From a virus (Duplodnaviria; Heunggongvirae; Uroviricota; Caudoviricetes), in the IMG/VR virus record IMGVR_UViG_2585427964_000002: a stretch of 47,473 bases of DNA, one strand, 5' to 3'. This document shows positions 1-8,921 of this stretch, piece after piece. How positions within the stretch are numbered: the stretch's first letter is position 1; each line of letters starts with the position of its first letter. A program made the position numbers and the translations under genes. The notes below the pieces were generated by a model, which saw nothing but the letters and a program-made list of their open reading frames with translations, was not told the origin of the DNA and searched no databases.

Positions 1-1
1 A

Positions 2-1297
2 TTAATTTTTCATTGCTTCGTTATGGGGTATGGTTGGGGCAAACTCGCTTAACTGTGTATTTAACAAAGCTACCTGTGCATTATTGTTTTCAGACATCCA
101 TTTTCCGTATACCTGAAATACCATTTGCGCATCTGCATGGCCCATCTGGTTTGCTATAAATGCCGGGTTAGCACCAGCAGTCAGCGACCAGCAGGCATAA
201 GTATGTCTCGACTGATATGATTTTCGATGGCGGAGTCCGGCACGTTTTATCGCTGCGTCCCACATCTGCCTTATTGAGTCAACGGTAAAATGGTCACCAT
301 AATTTTTTACTCTCGCTGATACTTCAGGTTGAAAAACAAAGGTGCATTTTTGTTTTTCTGTTCTGCCATACTCTCTGAGGTGAACATCAATGATATGCTC
401 TTTGCTCAGTCTCGTTAATGTCATCTGACTCCGGAGAGCGTCGATTGCTGGCTTAATAAGATGAATGACCCGATTGGTTCCCGCCTGTGTTTTTGGTACC
501 GTGAAACGGTCTTTTGCTAAATTTCTCCTGATCATCATTGTTCCATTTTTCAGATCTATGTCCTCCCATCCAAGTGCACACAGCTCACCAGGGCGAACGC
601 CAGTATAAACAGAAACACACCATAAATTTTTGGCTTGCTGATTTCTGCACGCATCGATAAGACGGATGAATTCCTCCCGCGAAAGAGGATCCGGAATGGT
701 TCTTGATTCCTTTAATGGCGAGATCCCCTTAAACGGGTTATCTGCCAGGTAACCGTTATCAACACCAAACTGGAACACGGCGTTAAGATTTGTCATGTAA
801 TTATTTACTGTTACAGCCGATCTCCCTGGTTGTGTAACAATATAGTTACTTTTGGGGATCTGGTATCCAGTCAGTAGCTCTTTACGAACCTCCAGTAATT
901 TTTCTTTATTAATCGATGAGGCAAGATTTTTTTCACCGATTATGCTCAGGATATTTTTGATGACGGCACGGTATGTGTTGAGTGATGTTTTGGCAACTTC
1001 AGTTTCTTTCAGTGCCAGAAATTTTTCAGCCAGTTCTTTTATGGTTAAATCTTGTCGGGCCTCACCAAATTTTTCCAGATTGCGTGAGGAGGGAAACTGT
1101 TTTGCATAGTCGAAAACACCAGTTTTTATTGCGTAACAAACAGAGGCGCGTAGTTCACCTGCAACGCGCCTGTTTTTTGCTGTGTCAGGAACCCCCAGGT
1201 TTTCCCTGACTCTTACGCCTTTATAAACAAACCAGATACGTAATTTCCCTCCATGGTTTTCCACGCCTGTCGGATATTTCATTTCAACTTCTCTCAT
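2..1297 (-). CDS. int: Phage integrase, tyrosine recombinase family
   Basis: 431-aa ORF at the prophage end with xis directly upstream on the same strand. C-terminal region is tyrosine-recombinase-like (HxxR and RHTYACW context). Confidence 0.88.
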   Translation of the reverse strand: MREVEMKYPTGVENHGGKLRIWFVYKGVRVRENLGVPDTAKNRRVAGELRASVCYAIKTGVFDYAKQFPSSRNLEKFGEARQDLTIKELAEKFLALKETEVAKTSLNTYRAVIKNILSIIGEKNLASSINKEKLLEVRKELLTGYQIPKSNYIVTQPGRSAVTVNNYMTNLNAVFQFGVDNGYLADNPFKGISPLKESRTIPDPLSREEFIRLIDACRNQQAKNLWCVSVYTGVRPGELCALGWEDIDLKNGTMMIRRNLAKDRFTVPKTQAGTNRVIHLIKPAIDALRSQMTLTRLSKEHIIDVHLREYGRTEKQKCTFVFQPEVSARVKNYGDHFTVDSIRQMWDAAIKRAGLRHRKSYQSRHTYACWSLTAGANPAFIANQMGHADAQMVFQVYGKWMSENNNAQVALLNTQLSEFAPTIPHNEAMKN

Positions 1298-1316
1298 TAG
1301 TTAGTGTGGCTTTTAG

Positions 1317-1568
1317 TCAAGTAAGATGACGTCTTGGTCTTGCTGATGCCTGGCGCTCAATCCAGCGATCAATTTCTTCCAGGTTGTAAAAGCATGGACT
1401 GTTATCCCATGGCATACCATCATGAGCGACATGCTTATATTCCCTTCCTTCCATAAACGATTTTTCCCGGGCCTTTTTTAACGTACCTTTTTTTATTCCT
1501 TTCAGCGCAATTAACTGCTCTTCGGATACCCATTTGCCGGGAGAGACAATCATGATTACTTCGCTCAT
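1317..1568 (-). CDS. xis: Excisionase-like protein
   Basis: 83-aa basic ORF immediately upstream of int on the same strand, the canonical xis position. Start could be the internal Met a few codons in. Confidence 0.65.
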   Translation of the reverse strand: MSEVIMIVSPGKWVSEEQLIALKGIKKGTLKKAREKSFMEGREYKHVAHDGMPWDNSPCFYNLEEIDRWIERQASARPRRHLT

Positions 1569-1640
1569 CGATTTCTTTATCTCTTACATCAGACGAGCGC
1601 CGGTTGCAGAATACCAGTCACAACCGGCGACAGTTGAACA

Positions 1641-4079
1641 TTAAGAATCAGCCTGACTCGGGATCAGTTTTTGCCAGATAACTGAAACGTATTTTGCCTG
1701 GTAACGGGCGTCATCAAGTGCATTATGGCGCTCACCTTCGAATGGAATAGCCGTTCTGGCATCGAAGTCTATGGCTTTCCCCAGCTCAACGATTGTGCGT
1801 ACATCGCGATCGTTGTAGTAACGCCACGGGCAGGGGATCCCCTGCCGTTCGTATGAACGGCGCAAAATCGTGTTGTCGAAGTTGGCTCCATTTCCCCAGA
1901 CCTGAACAAAAAATTCACCGGAGTTTTCGTCGATAAATTCCCGCAATTGTAACAGTGCATCATCTAACGGGATTTCATCGGTCATAATGGCAGATTGCGC
2001 TTCGCGTGATTGCTTAAGCCACCATTTAATGGTGTCCCGATCAATGACTCCGCCAGCAGTTTCCAGATCGATAGTCTTACTAAATTCCGGTCCCATATCT
2101 CCGGTTTGCGGATCGAAAAATATTGCACCTATTGAGATGATCGGGGCATCAGGATTTTTTCCCATGGTTTCAAGGTCGATCATTAGATGGTCACACGTCC
2201 TGCTGGTGGATGTGATTTCGTGATGACCGTTCACATTAATTAAGGGATCTGTCGCCTCGCCAGTTTCATTATCGCTATCGTGATGCTGATTGCCGCCAGG
2301 GTTCTCCTTGTGTGGATGTTCAGCGCCTTCCATTTCCTCCGGATCATTTTCCTGAACTTCAACCTGATTCTCTTCATTGAATGTTTCCTGGTATGTTGCG
2401 TCGCCCATCACCACACCACAATCAGGGCAGTTGCCGCCGCCGGTCTGACCGCAGGCGGTACAGACTTTTTCCGGTTCTTGTTGCTCTTCTGGTTCAGGCT
2501 GTTTCGTTTTTGGCTCGTTTTGTAACGCATTTGAGCTGTTTTGTTCCGCTTTCTGGTCGTTCCGTTCCGATTCTTGCTGGTTCTGGTTCACAGAATCGCG
2601 GGTTTCAATCCCCTTCACCCATTTCGGATCATTCGGGTCGCTAATCCCTGCAACAAATTCACCACGTGATGCAGCAAGCAACTTATCGGCGTCAGGCTGG
2701 TTGATATTGGCTGCCTGCATAATTTTGTTTACTTCGTCAGCGGTGACTTTTACTTGGTTAGCGGAACTCACCTGCGACTGAGCATCCAGCGACTGCGCGT
2801 CCTGGCTATGTTCAGTTGTATCCGGTTCCATTGTTTCAGTTGTTGTCCGTTCACCTGCCATTGCGTCAGATGGTTGTGGTTTTTCTTCTGTTTCACGCTC
2901 AGTAACCACCTCGCGGTTAATTTCTTCCAGGATATCTTTTTCCGGCGTATGCCGGGCAACTGTGAGAGTTTCCTTGCTGGGGTTCTCGTGATCAGTTTCC
3001 GTCAAATAGGCGTTGATATACCCCTGAAGGCGTCCCGGGTAGTGATAAAATTCAGGGTGTGCGTTTCGGATAAGTGCAAAAATAGCGGCGCGGGAATAGT
3101 CCAGAATACCCGGGGTTGCACGAAGTGCTGCGGACCATTCTTTGAACGGACTTTCTTTTTTCAGGACGACTTCTTTTGCGCGACGATAAACGCTGCCCGG
3201 AATTTCATAAATATTAAAATCCATCGGAAGTGTGGCTGCTGCAATCTCCACATCCAGTGTGTCGAGGGTGTGTACTAAATTCGGATTGCGATCGGTTTTG
3301 TTCCCGCCACCGGCATTAGCACCGGAAGCCGTGCGGGTGATACGCGAAACACGATTTCCTTTCATCCACTCTTTTGTTAGCAGACCGCGATCGGTGTAGT
3401 CTGCGTCTAGGTATGCTTCGAAAAAAGCAGTCATCGGCCCCAGGCTTGAATTGCCAGGATTAGGGAAAACTTTGTCAGTATCACGCACCAGTTTGTGGAG
3501 GTCGCGAATCTCCAGCGGGTCGAGCAGGCTGGTTTTGTGGGAAACAGCCAGGGCAGTAACAGCCGGTAGTTCTTCAGCCCGTGCAATGTGTAATGCCTGG
3601 AGTTCGTCGCGTGAAACGTGCGTTACCGGTTTTTTGCTGCCGTGTTGAGCAAGCCAACGAATGGGCAGTTCCTGACCGGAAACAGGCAGAAGCATGCTCT
3701 CCTCAATCTCAGTCATGTCTTCGCCGTTGATGTTGGTATTGTCAGTGCTGGCTGGTTTGTCCTGAACTGAGGGGGAAGGGCCGATAAATGTCATTGTGAT
3801 GCCATCTTTCCCGCCTTTTTCATAGCGGTTGCAGAATTCCGTATCAAACACGCCTTCTGGCGGAAGGTCGTCAACAACGGGCAAATTGACGCGGACGGGT
3901 TTTTTAAAGTCGTCTTCATCATAATCGTTGTCATCCATTGCGGTAATGCAGCGGGAGATTGCAACAGATAATTTTTTTGCTGTAGTCCAGTAAAAACCAC
4001 CTTTAATTCCCAGGCGTTTTCTTACTTTGTCATTTTTTGCTTCGCAATATAGTGCAAATTCTTCTTTATCAGTGCTCAT
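1641..4079 (-). CDS. Exonuclease-family protein: C-terminal DEDDh 3'-5' exonuclease domain, central double-CxxC motif, acidic linker
   Basis: 812-aa ORF. C-terminal motifs [16 protein letters not shown] and HNALDDARY fit Exo I/II/III of DEDDh exonucleases. [16 protein letters not shown] is a zinc-ribbon-like motif. Long D/E/Q-rich low-complexity linker. The N-terminal half resembles RecE-type (exodeoxyribonuclease VIII-like) prophage proteins from memory, not verified. Confidence 0.75.
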   Translation of the reverse strand: MSTDKEEFALYCEAKNDKVRKRLGIKGGFYWTTAKKLSVAISRCITAMDDNDYDEDDFKKPVRVNLPVVDDLPPEGVFDTEFCNRYEKGGKDGITMTFIGPSPSVQDKPASTDNTNINGEDMTEIEESMLLPVSGQELPIRWLAQHGSKKPVTHVSRDELQALHIARAEELPAVTALAVSHKTSLLDPLEIRDLHKLVRDTDKVFPNPGNSSLGPMTAFFEAYLDADYTDRGLLTKEWMKGNRVSRITRTASGANAGGGNKTDRNPNLVHTLDTLDVEIAAATLPMDFNIYEIPGSVYRRAKEVVLKKESPFKEWSAALRATPGILDYSRAAIFALIRNAHPEFYHYPGRLQGYINAYLTETDHENPSKETLTVARHTPEKDILEEINREVVTERETEEKPQPSDAMAGERTTTETMEPDTTEHSQDAQSLDAQSQVSSANQVKVTADEVNKIMQAANINQPDADKLLAASRGEFVAGISDPNDPKWVKGIETRDSVNQNQQESERNDQKAEQNSSNALQNEPKTKQPEPEEQQEPEKVCTACGQTGGGNCPDCGVVMGDATYQETFNEENQVEVQENDPEEMEGAEHPHKENPGGNQHHDSDNETGEATDPLINVNGHHEITSTSRTCDHLMIDLETMGKNPDAPIISIGAIFFDPQTGDMGPEFSKTIDLETAGGVIDRDTIKWWLKQSREAQSAIMTDEIPLDDALLQLREFIDENSGEFFVQVWGNGANFDNTILRRSYERQGIPCPWRYYNDRDVRTIVELGKAIDFDARTAIPFEGERHNALDDARYQAKYVSVIWQKLIPSQADS

Positions 4080-4169
4080 TGATAAACCTCATTACAGATT
4101 TAAGGGTGAACAAATCTCTGCCATTGCTGACATATAAGAATGAAACTGGATATTTATTACGGTGCTGTT

Positions 4170-4361
4170 TTAAAATCCTGCCGGGATTTCGTTATTATTC
4201 TGGTAAATAACTTTATCGACCGGATAACAGTTGCCTGGAATTTTCTGTTCGGTTGCTGCTGCCATACATTCCTGCATTGTTCTGTGAACACTGACTGCAA
4301 TATCAACTGGTTCTCCGGAAACAAGAAAAACCGTCAGAATAAGTGCAAATACTGGATTCAT
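4170..4361 (-). CDS. ydfD: YdfD-like small lysis/membrane protein
   Basis: 63-codon ORF from an internal Met of the 81-aa track ORF (MNPVFALILTVFLVSGEP...). Hydrophobic N-terminus. Start overlaps the dicB stop by 4 nt. Matches recalled K-12 YdfD length and position downstream of dicB. Confidence 0.6.
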   Translation of the reverse strand: MNPVFALILTVFLVSGEPVDIAVSVHRTMQECMAAATEQKIPGNCYPVDKVIYQNNNEIPAGF

Positions 4362-4546
4362 TGTGCATATCCTTTTGGCTGCAGACGTAAACGGGCCAGC
4401 ATTGAAACAATGCATACTTTATTTAATAGCTCCCGTTCTTGTTTTCTCTTGTTAATGGCATCTTCAGTAAATACTGGGTTACTGATAGTGACACCAATTT
4501 CAAAACAACCTTCAGACGTATTAACGTTTGGTAATAACGTTTTCAT
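4358..4546 (-). CDS. dicB: Cell division inhibitor DicB
   Basis: 62-codon ORF from an internal Met of the 97-aa track ORF (MKTLLPNVNTSEGCFEIGVTISNPVF...KRKQERELLNK...). Matches recalled DicB sequence and the dicF-dicB-ydfD order. Confidence 0.8.
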   Translation of the reverse strand: MKTLLPNVNTSEGCFEIGVTISNPVFTEDAINKRKQERELLNKVCIVSMLARLRLQPKGYAQ

Positions 4547-4711
4547 TATCGCGTCCTCAACAATGAACTTTGTGATGCAGTGCCTGGTGCCTCCAGGTGA
4601 CGTTAACCAGTTAACAATTAACGCCGGATACAGAGAATCCACCCATAACACTGTTTTTGGTTTTAACTGTTCCGCGTGCGCTCAGCCGCATTCACCGCAT
4701 CACAAAATTCA

Positions 4712-4775
4712 CTTTAAAAAGGGCGCACATCAGCCAGCAATGAAACTGATGCCGCCAAAGGTACCAATCAACATG
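4712..4775 (-). ncRNA. dicF: DicF-like small RNA
   Basis: Minus-strand sequence just upstream of dicB reads ...CTTTGGCGGCATCAGTTTCATTGCTGGCTGATGTGCGCCCTTTTT: conserved TTTGGCGG 5' block, a hairpin and a T-run as in canonical DicF, but the central region differs from the K-12 sequence as recalled. Ends approximate. Confidence 0.5.
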
Positions 4776-5025
4776 GAGTGTTGTGGCAGGGTTGTCACTT
4801 AAGCGTATGGTCAACCTGACAACCCGGTGTCCTCAACGGGGAAGGAATAACCCCGCCATACTTACCGCCGCGCCATTTCGCGGAGTGCCACAACCGGAAG
4901 CGCACGGTCGACGAAAATTTAACGACAGGCTATCTATGAACCAGCTACCTCGCCGTGCGCTTTCGCGTTATGTGCCTGCTTTTAACCACGTCAGGCGAGG
5001 TGGTATCCTTAAAATCACCACAGTT

Positions 5026-5601
5026 TTAAGGATTCATTAAGCAATGTCGCAACCACCAATAAATCCGCTTAAGAACATGAAAATTGATTACTGGTATAAA
5101 GCGCTTACAGTTGTTGGCGCTGCGTTGTTTGTCTTTAATGGAACGTCTTTTTTTGACAGATATCCCGTTGTTCCATTGGGTTTTTTGTCCTCCGGCATCT
5201 TTTTTATTGGTTTGGGGGAGTGGATTAATCACCCTCTCAAAGTGAGATTTATTGGTCCTGGAGTTTGGACTCGTGGATATAATCGTTCTTCGTGCGCACT
5301 CGGTATCATCTTCGACATACTTGGTTGTTTCCTGATTGTTACAGGAGTCGTCAAGTTCTTCTGATGTAAAACCGCAAATGGGGCACGTAACGGGAATTTT
5401 GAAAAGCGTTTCACCGGGTTCCAGAACAAAATTTTCTGCGGTCTGATTTTGCTTCTCATATTTGTGCTCCGCGTCATTGTGAGAGCACATTCTTATTCTG
5501 AGTGCCTGTTTAAACTCACTGAAGCTGAGAGCTTCTTCGCCTTCGGCAAGGCCTTCGAAGTATTCTTCGTAAGCCTTTTTCATGATTGTGTCGAAATCCA
5601 T
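5026..5601 (-). CDS. YdfB/YdfC-like protein (possibly an unsplit ancestral form; 3' extent uncertain)
   Basis: ORF beginning MDFDTIMKKAYEEYFEGLAEGEE... immediately downstream of ydfA in the dicB operon; contains a CPICG motif. The C-terminal 80 or so residues are K/R/N-rich low complexity and may be non-coding read-through. Competes with a plus-strand membrane-like ORF at 5044-5364. Confidence 0.35.
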   Translation of the reverse strand: MDFDTIMKKAYEEYFEGLAEGEEALSFSEFKQALRIRMCSHNDAEHKYEKQNQTAENFVLEPGETLFKIPVTCPICGFTSEELDDSCNNQETTKYVEDDTECARRTIISTSPNSRTNKSHFERVINPLPQTNKKDAGGQKTQWNNGISVKKRRSIKDKQRSANNCKRFIPVINFHVLKRIYWWLRHCLMNP

Positions 5602-5602
5602 A

Positions 5603-5758
5603 TCACTCACCTGAGTTTCTTTCCAGCCAGCGACGGGCACCATTTTCGGTTTTAAACGTTTTGCTTTTGGTATATGTCATCGCGGTGAACGTGCCGTCCT
5701 GGTTGGGAAACACGCCGTACACCAGATATTCGTTGTTGCCAAGATCGATAGTATCCAT
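5603..5758 (-). CDS. ydfA: YdfA-like protein (DUF1391-type)
   Basis: 51-codon ORF from an internal Met (MDTIDLGNNEYLVYGVFPNQDGTFTAMTYTKSKTFKTENGARRWLERNSGE), first gene after dicA in the dicB operon. Matches recalled YdfA. Confidence 0.7.
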   Translation of the reverse strand: MDTIDLGNNEYLVYGVFPNQDGTFTAMTYTKSKTFKTENGARRWLERNSGE

Positions 5759-5950
5759 GCTGACCTCATTTCCCCTTAACGCCGGGGTAGCGGAACTGTT
5801 TGCTGAGAACACCGTGCGGTGTCTTGATGGAGGTAATTTAGTTTTCTCATTATTTTTCGTCAAGGTTTTTTGATGAGAAAACTCAAGTATTGGCGCAAGA
5901 TAAAGCCAATACATTGAAATGTAAGGCTTTAAAATTTTGTGAAGGGATGA

Positions 5951-6361
5951 TTATTGATGCTTGTTGCGTTTGCGAGCCTCTAATAGCTCGGTGAACAGGC
6001 GATTAAAATTCTCAACGCGGGCGCGGAGTTCGCTGAGTTGTGCTTGTTGCTCTGATTTAGGAAGTGCGCGATACAAACGCAGCATCTCTAACTCATCTTC
6101 CGATAAGTCTAAGGCACTATCGAGTGAAACAGGGGGAGCTGGTGTTTTGTCCTCGTCGCCAAACAGTATCCAGGTTGGTGAACATTGCAATACCTCGGCG
6201 AGGCGATGCAAATTTTGCCCGCGCGGGGCTGTATGGTCACTTTCCCATAATGAAATTGATGAGCCAGATACGCCAGCAGCTTTGCTTAAACCGTTTTGAC
6301 TTAAGCCTACCTGCTTACGTCTTTCTCTAATGCGTTGACCTAAAGTTTTCTCGTTCATATT
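5951..6361 (-). CDS. dicA: Prophage repressor, HTH XRE family (DicA/cI-like)
   Basis: HTH motif (GLSQNGLSKAAGVSGSSISLWE) and C-terminal ...LQCSPTWILFGDEDK...MLRLYRALPKSEQQAQLSELRARVENFN... matching recalled DicA. Divergent from the Cro-like gene. Start taken at the internal Met MNEKTLGQRIRERRK. Confidence 0.85.
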   Translation of the reverse strand, partial: NMNEKTLGQRIRERRKQVGLSQNGLSKAAGVSGSSISLWESDHTAPRGQNLHRLAEVLQCSPTWILFGDEDKTPAPPVSLDSALDLSEDELEMLRLYRALPKSEQQAQLSELRARVENFNRLFTELLEARKRNKHQ

Positions 6362-6435
6362 TAGATATCTTAATAACCCTTGACTTGAGATTCCTTGAGT
6401 GATTAGCATTGAGAAAACTCAATATTGGAGGTGCG
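6362..6435. promoter_or_regulatory. Divergent immunity-region promoter/operator interval between dicA and dicC
   Basis: 74-bp spacer between divergently transcribed repressor and Cro-like genes; contains TTGACT and TAATAAC-like hexamers. Operator half-sites not resolved. Confidence 0.4.
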
Positions 6436-6663
6436 ATGTTTAAATCAGACGTAATTAATTTTTACGGTACGAAAGCCAAAGTAGCGAAAGCTGCTGGCGT
6501 TGACCCATCTGCTGTTTCTCAATGGCAAGAGCTGGTTCCTGAAGGTCGCGCGATGCGTCTACAGGAGGCATCTGGCGGCGAGCTTCAGTATGATCCCAAG
6601 GTTTATGACGAATATCGTAAGACGAAGCGGGCGGGGCGGTTGAACAATGAAAATCACTCCTGA
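6436..6663 (+). CDS. dicC: Cro-like regulator DicC
   Basis: Small ORF divergent from dicA. GGAGGT Shine-Dalgarno 5 nt upstream of the ATG at 6436. Sequence ...LVPEGRAMRLQEASGGELQYDPKVYDEYRK... matches recalled DicC. Confidence 0.75.
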   Translation: MFKSDVINFYGTKAKVAKAAGVDPSAVSQWQELVPEGRAMRLQEASGGELQYDPKVYDEYRKTKRAGRLNNENHS

Positions 6664-7168
6664 ACAGGCTCGTGAGGCTCTGGATGCCTGGATATGTCGA
6701 CCAGGAATGACACAGGAGCAGGCGACGATATTAATCACTGAAGCATTCTGGGCTTTGAAAGAGCGCCCGAACATCGATGTTCAGCGTGTCACAGATGAAG
6801 GTGGCGCGGTTGATCAGCGAGCGCTTGGCGTTAATCGAGTGAAGATATTCGAACGCTGGAAGGCTATCGACACCAGGGATAAGCGTGAAAAGTTCACGGC
6901 GCTAGTGCCTGCAATTATGGAGGCTATCCGGATTAATGATTTCAGGTTGTATCGTGAAATTAGTGACGGAAAAAGCATCACGTACATGATCGCCGGGTTA
7001 AACAAAGAATATGGCGATGTGGTGGAGTCCGGACTGCTTTTTGCTGATCCTGCCGTAGTGGATCGTGAAACTGACGAACTTATAGAAAAAGCAATTGCTT
7101 TCAAACTTGCGTATCGACAGCAATACCAACAAAAAGCTGGATGGAATTATGAGCCTTCTTTTTGCTGA
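6647..7168 (+). CDS. cII-position hypothetical protein (full-length YdfX-like)
   Basis: 173-aa ORF overlapping the dicC stop, in the early-right operon. Family assignment from memory only. Confidence 0.5.
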   Translation: MKITPEQAREALDAWICRPGMTQEQATILITEAFWALKERPNIDVQRVTDEGGAVDQRALGVNRVKIFERWKAIDTRDKREKFTALVPAIMEAIRINDFRLYREISDGKSITYMIAGLNKEYGDVVESGLLFADPAVVDRETDELIEKAIAFKLAYRQQYQQKAGWNYEPSFC

Positions 7169-8114
7169 ACGCCCACTGGTTATAAACACACAGCTTGCGA
7201 TGAAGATTGGCTTAAATGAAGCCATTGTGTTGCAGCAGTTGCATTACTGGTTGAGAGATACCAATTCCGGCATGGAATGTGATGGTGTTCGCTGGATTTA
7301 CAACACAACGGAACAATGGCTGGAACAGTTCCCATTCTGGTCAGAGTCAACGTTAAAGCGCGCGTTTGCAAGTCTGAAAACGCTGGGGCTTTTGCGTTGT
7401 GAAAAGCTCAATAAATCAAAGCGCGATATGACCAATTTCTACACAATCAACTACGGGAGTGAGCTTTTAGATGATGGCAAATTGAGCGAATCCATCGGTT
7501 CAAAATGCGCCGCTCCATCAGGTCAAAATGACACGATGGAAGAGGTCAAAATGAAACGCTCCATTGGTTCAAAACGACCCAATGTCATCGGGTCAAAATG
7601 GCCTGATGATCTTACAGAGAATACAACAGAGATTACTACAGAGAATAAAAACACTTTTCGTCCGGAAGCTTCGCAACCGGACCCGCAGACGACTGAACAG
7701 GATTTTTTAACCCGGAACTCCGACGCGGTTGTGTTTAGTGCGAAAAAACGCCAGTGGGGTAGCAGGGAGGATTTGGCGTGTGCGCAGTGGATCTGGGGGC
7801 GGATCGTGGGTCTCTACGAACAGGCAGCCAGTGATGATGGCGAGATCATGCGACCAAAAGAGCCTAACTGGACTGCCTGGGCCAATGACGTGCGCACAAT
7901 GCGGATGCTGGATGGCAGAAGCCACAGACAAATTTGCGAAATGTTTGGTCGGGTACAGCGAGATCCATTCTGGGTAAAAAACATCATGAGCCCGTCAAAA
8001 CTTCGTGAAAAATGGGATGAACTGGTCATCCGTCTGGGGCGTTCGTCTGTACAGCGTTGTGTGAATCATATTTCTGAACCGGATACAGAAATTCCGCCTG
8101 GTTTCAGGGGATAA
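7149..8114 (+). CDS. Phage replication initiation protein (O-like replisome organiser)
   Basis: ATG at 7149 (the track start at 7095 is TTG). Located where lambdoid phages encode O. N-terminal winged-helix-like region; no DnaC/P-like loader gene follows. Confidence 0.55.
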   Translation: MSLLFAERPLVINTQLAMKIGLNEAIVLQQLHYWLRDTNSGMECDGVRWIYNTTEQWLEQFPFWSESTLKRAFASLKTLGLLRCEKLNKSKRDMTNFYTINYGSELLDDGKLSESIGSKCAAPSGQNDTMEEVKMKRSIGSKRPNVIGSKWPDDLTENTTEITTENKNTFRPEASQPDPQTTEQDFLTRNSDAVVFSAKKRQWGSREDLACAQWIWGRIVGLYEQAASDDGEIMRPKEPNWTAWANDVRTMRMLDGRSHRQICEMFGRVQRDPFWVKNIMSPSKLREKWDELVIRLGRSSVQRCVNHISEPDTEIPPGFRG

Positions 8115-8154
8115 GTGTTGATTTCAGGTCATGAGGTAATTTTAAGGGGGACTT

Positions 8155-8577
8155 GTGGCAAAAGTTTTTACACAAGAAGAGCGGGAAAAAATTAAAGGGC
8201 AGGTGGTGGAACTCGTGCGCCAGAGCGGTCGTGAGACGCTACGGCAACTGGAAGCTAAAACAGGTGCGACAAGATATCTGATGAGCGTTCTTGCCAGAGA
8301 GCTGGTTGCCAGTGGCGATGTATACAACTCCGGCTACGGGTTATTCCCCTCTGAACAGGCGCGTAAGGACTGGCAAAACGCCCGCAAAAAACTCTCGAGG
8401 GCAAAGGTGAAGAAACCTGCTGTGGTTGATCCGGACCTTATCTGGTCATTACCTGACGGAGAAATACGTCGCTACGACAGGCGTATGAACATAATCTGTC
8501 GCGAGTGCCGGAAGAGCGAAGTTATGCAGCGGATTTTGGCATTTTATAAGGGAAATATTCGAACATTACCACGGTGA
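8155..8577 (+). CDS. Hypothetical phage protein
   Basis: 140-aa ORF with ordinary GC and codon appearance, last gene before the AT-rich island. Confidence 0.5.
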   Translation: MAKVFTQEEREKIKGQVVELVRQSGRETLRQLEAKTGATRYLMSVLARELVASGDVYNSGYGLFPSEQARKDWQNARKKLSRAKVKKPAVVDPDLIWSLPDGEIRRYDRRMNIICRECRKSEVMQRILAFYKGNIRTLPR

Positions 8578-8921
8578 ACGAAATTAAAGAGCATTACTTC
8601 AGATATGAATTGACATTTTGATGGCACATGGCTAGAACTGGTCTGGTTGTCAGCTTTGTATCAAAAACAGACATTTTGAGTTTCAATATTTGCTAATGAA
8701 TTAAGACTGATTCTTATCTATATCAATTCATACGAAATACTATGCAATACATCATTGAATTTTACTAGATAAGCGCTATTTGGGTAAATGGAGGTCGCAG
8801 AAGACATGCCGCTATTCGTTGGTTTTTATAGACTATATCACTTTCCTCTGCGGTCTCTATTTACCTAACAGCTTGGATTTCTTTGCATGCAAGTCTGTAA
8901 TATCGAGTGTAATCAAACGGA

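Noticed and set aside
4140-4802. 220-aa plus-strand ORF spanning ydfD, dicB and the DicF-like region
   Set aside because: Antisense to three independently supported minus-strand features; Cys/Asn-rich low-complexity translation.
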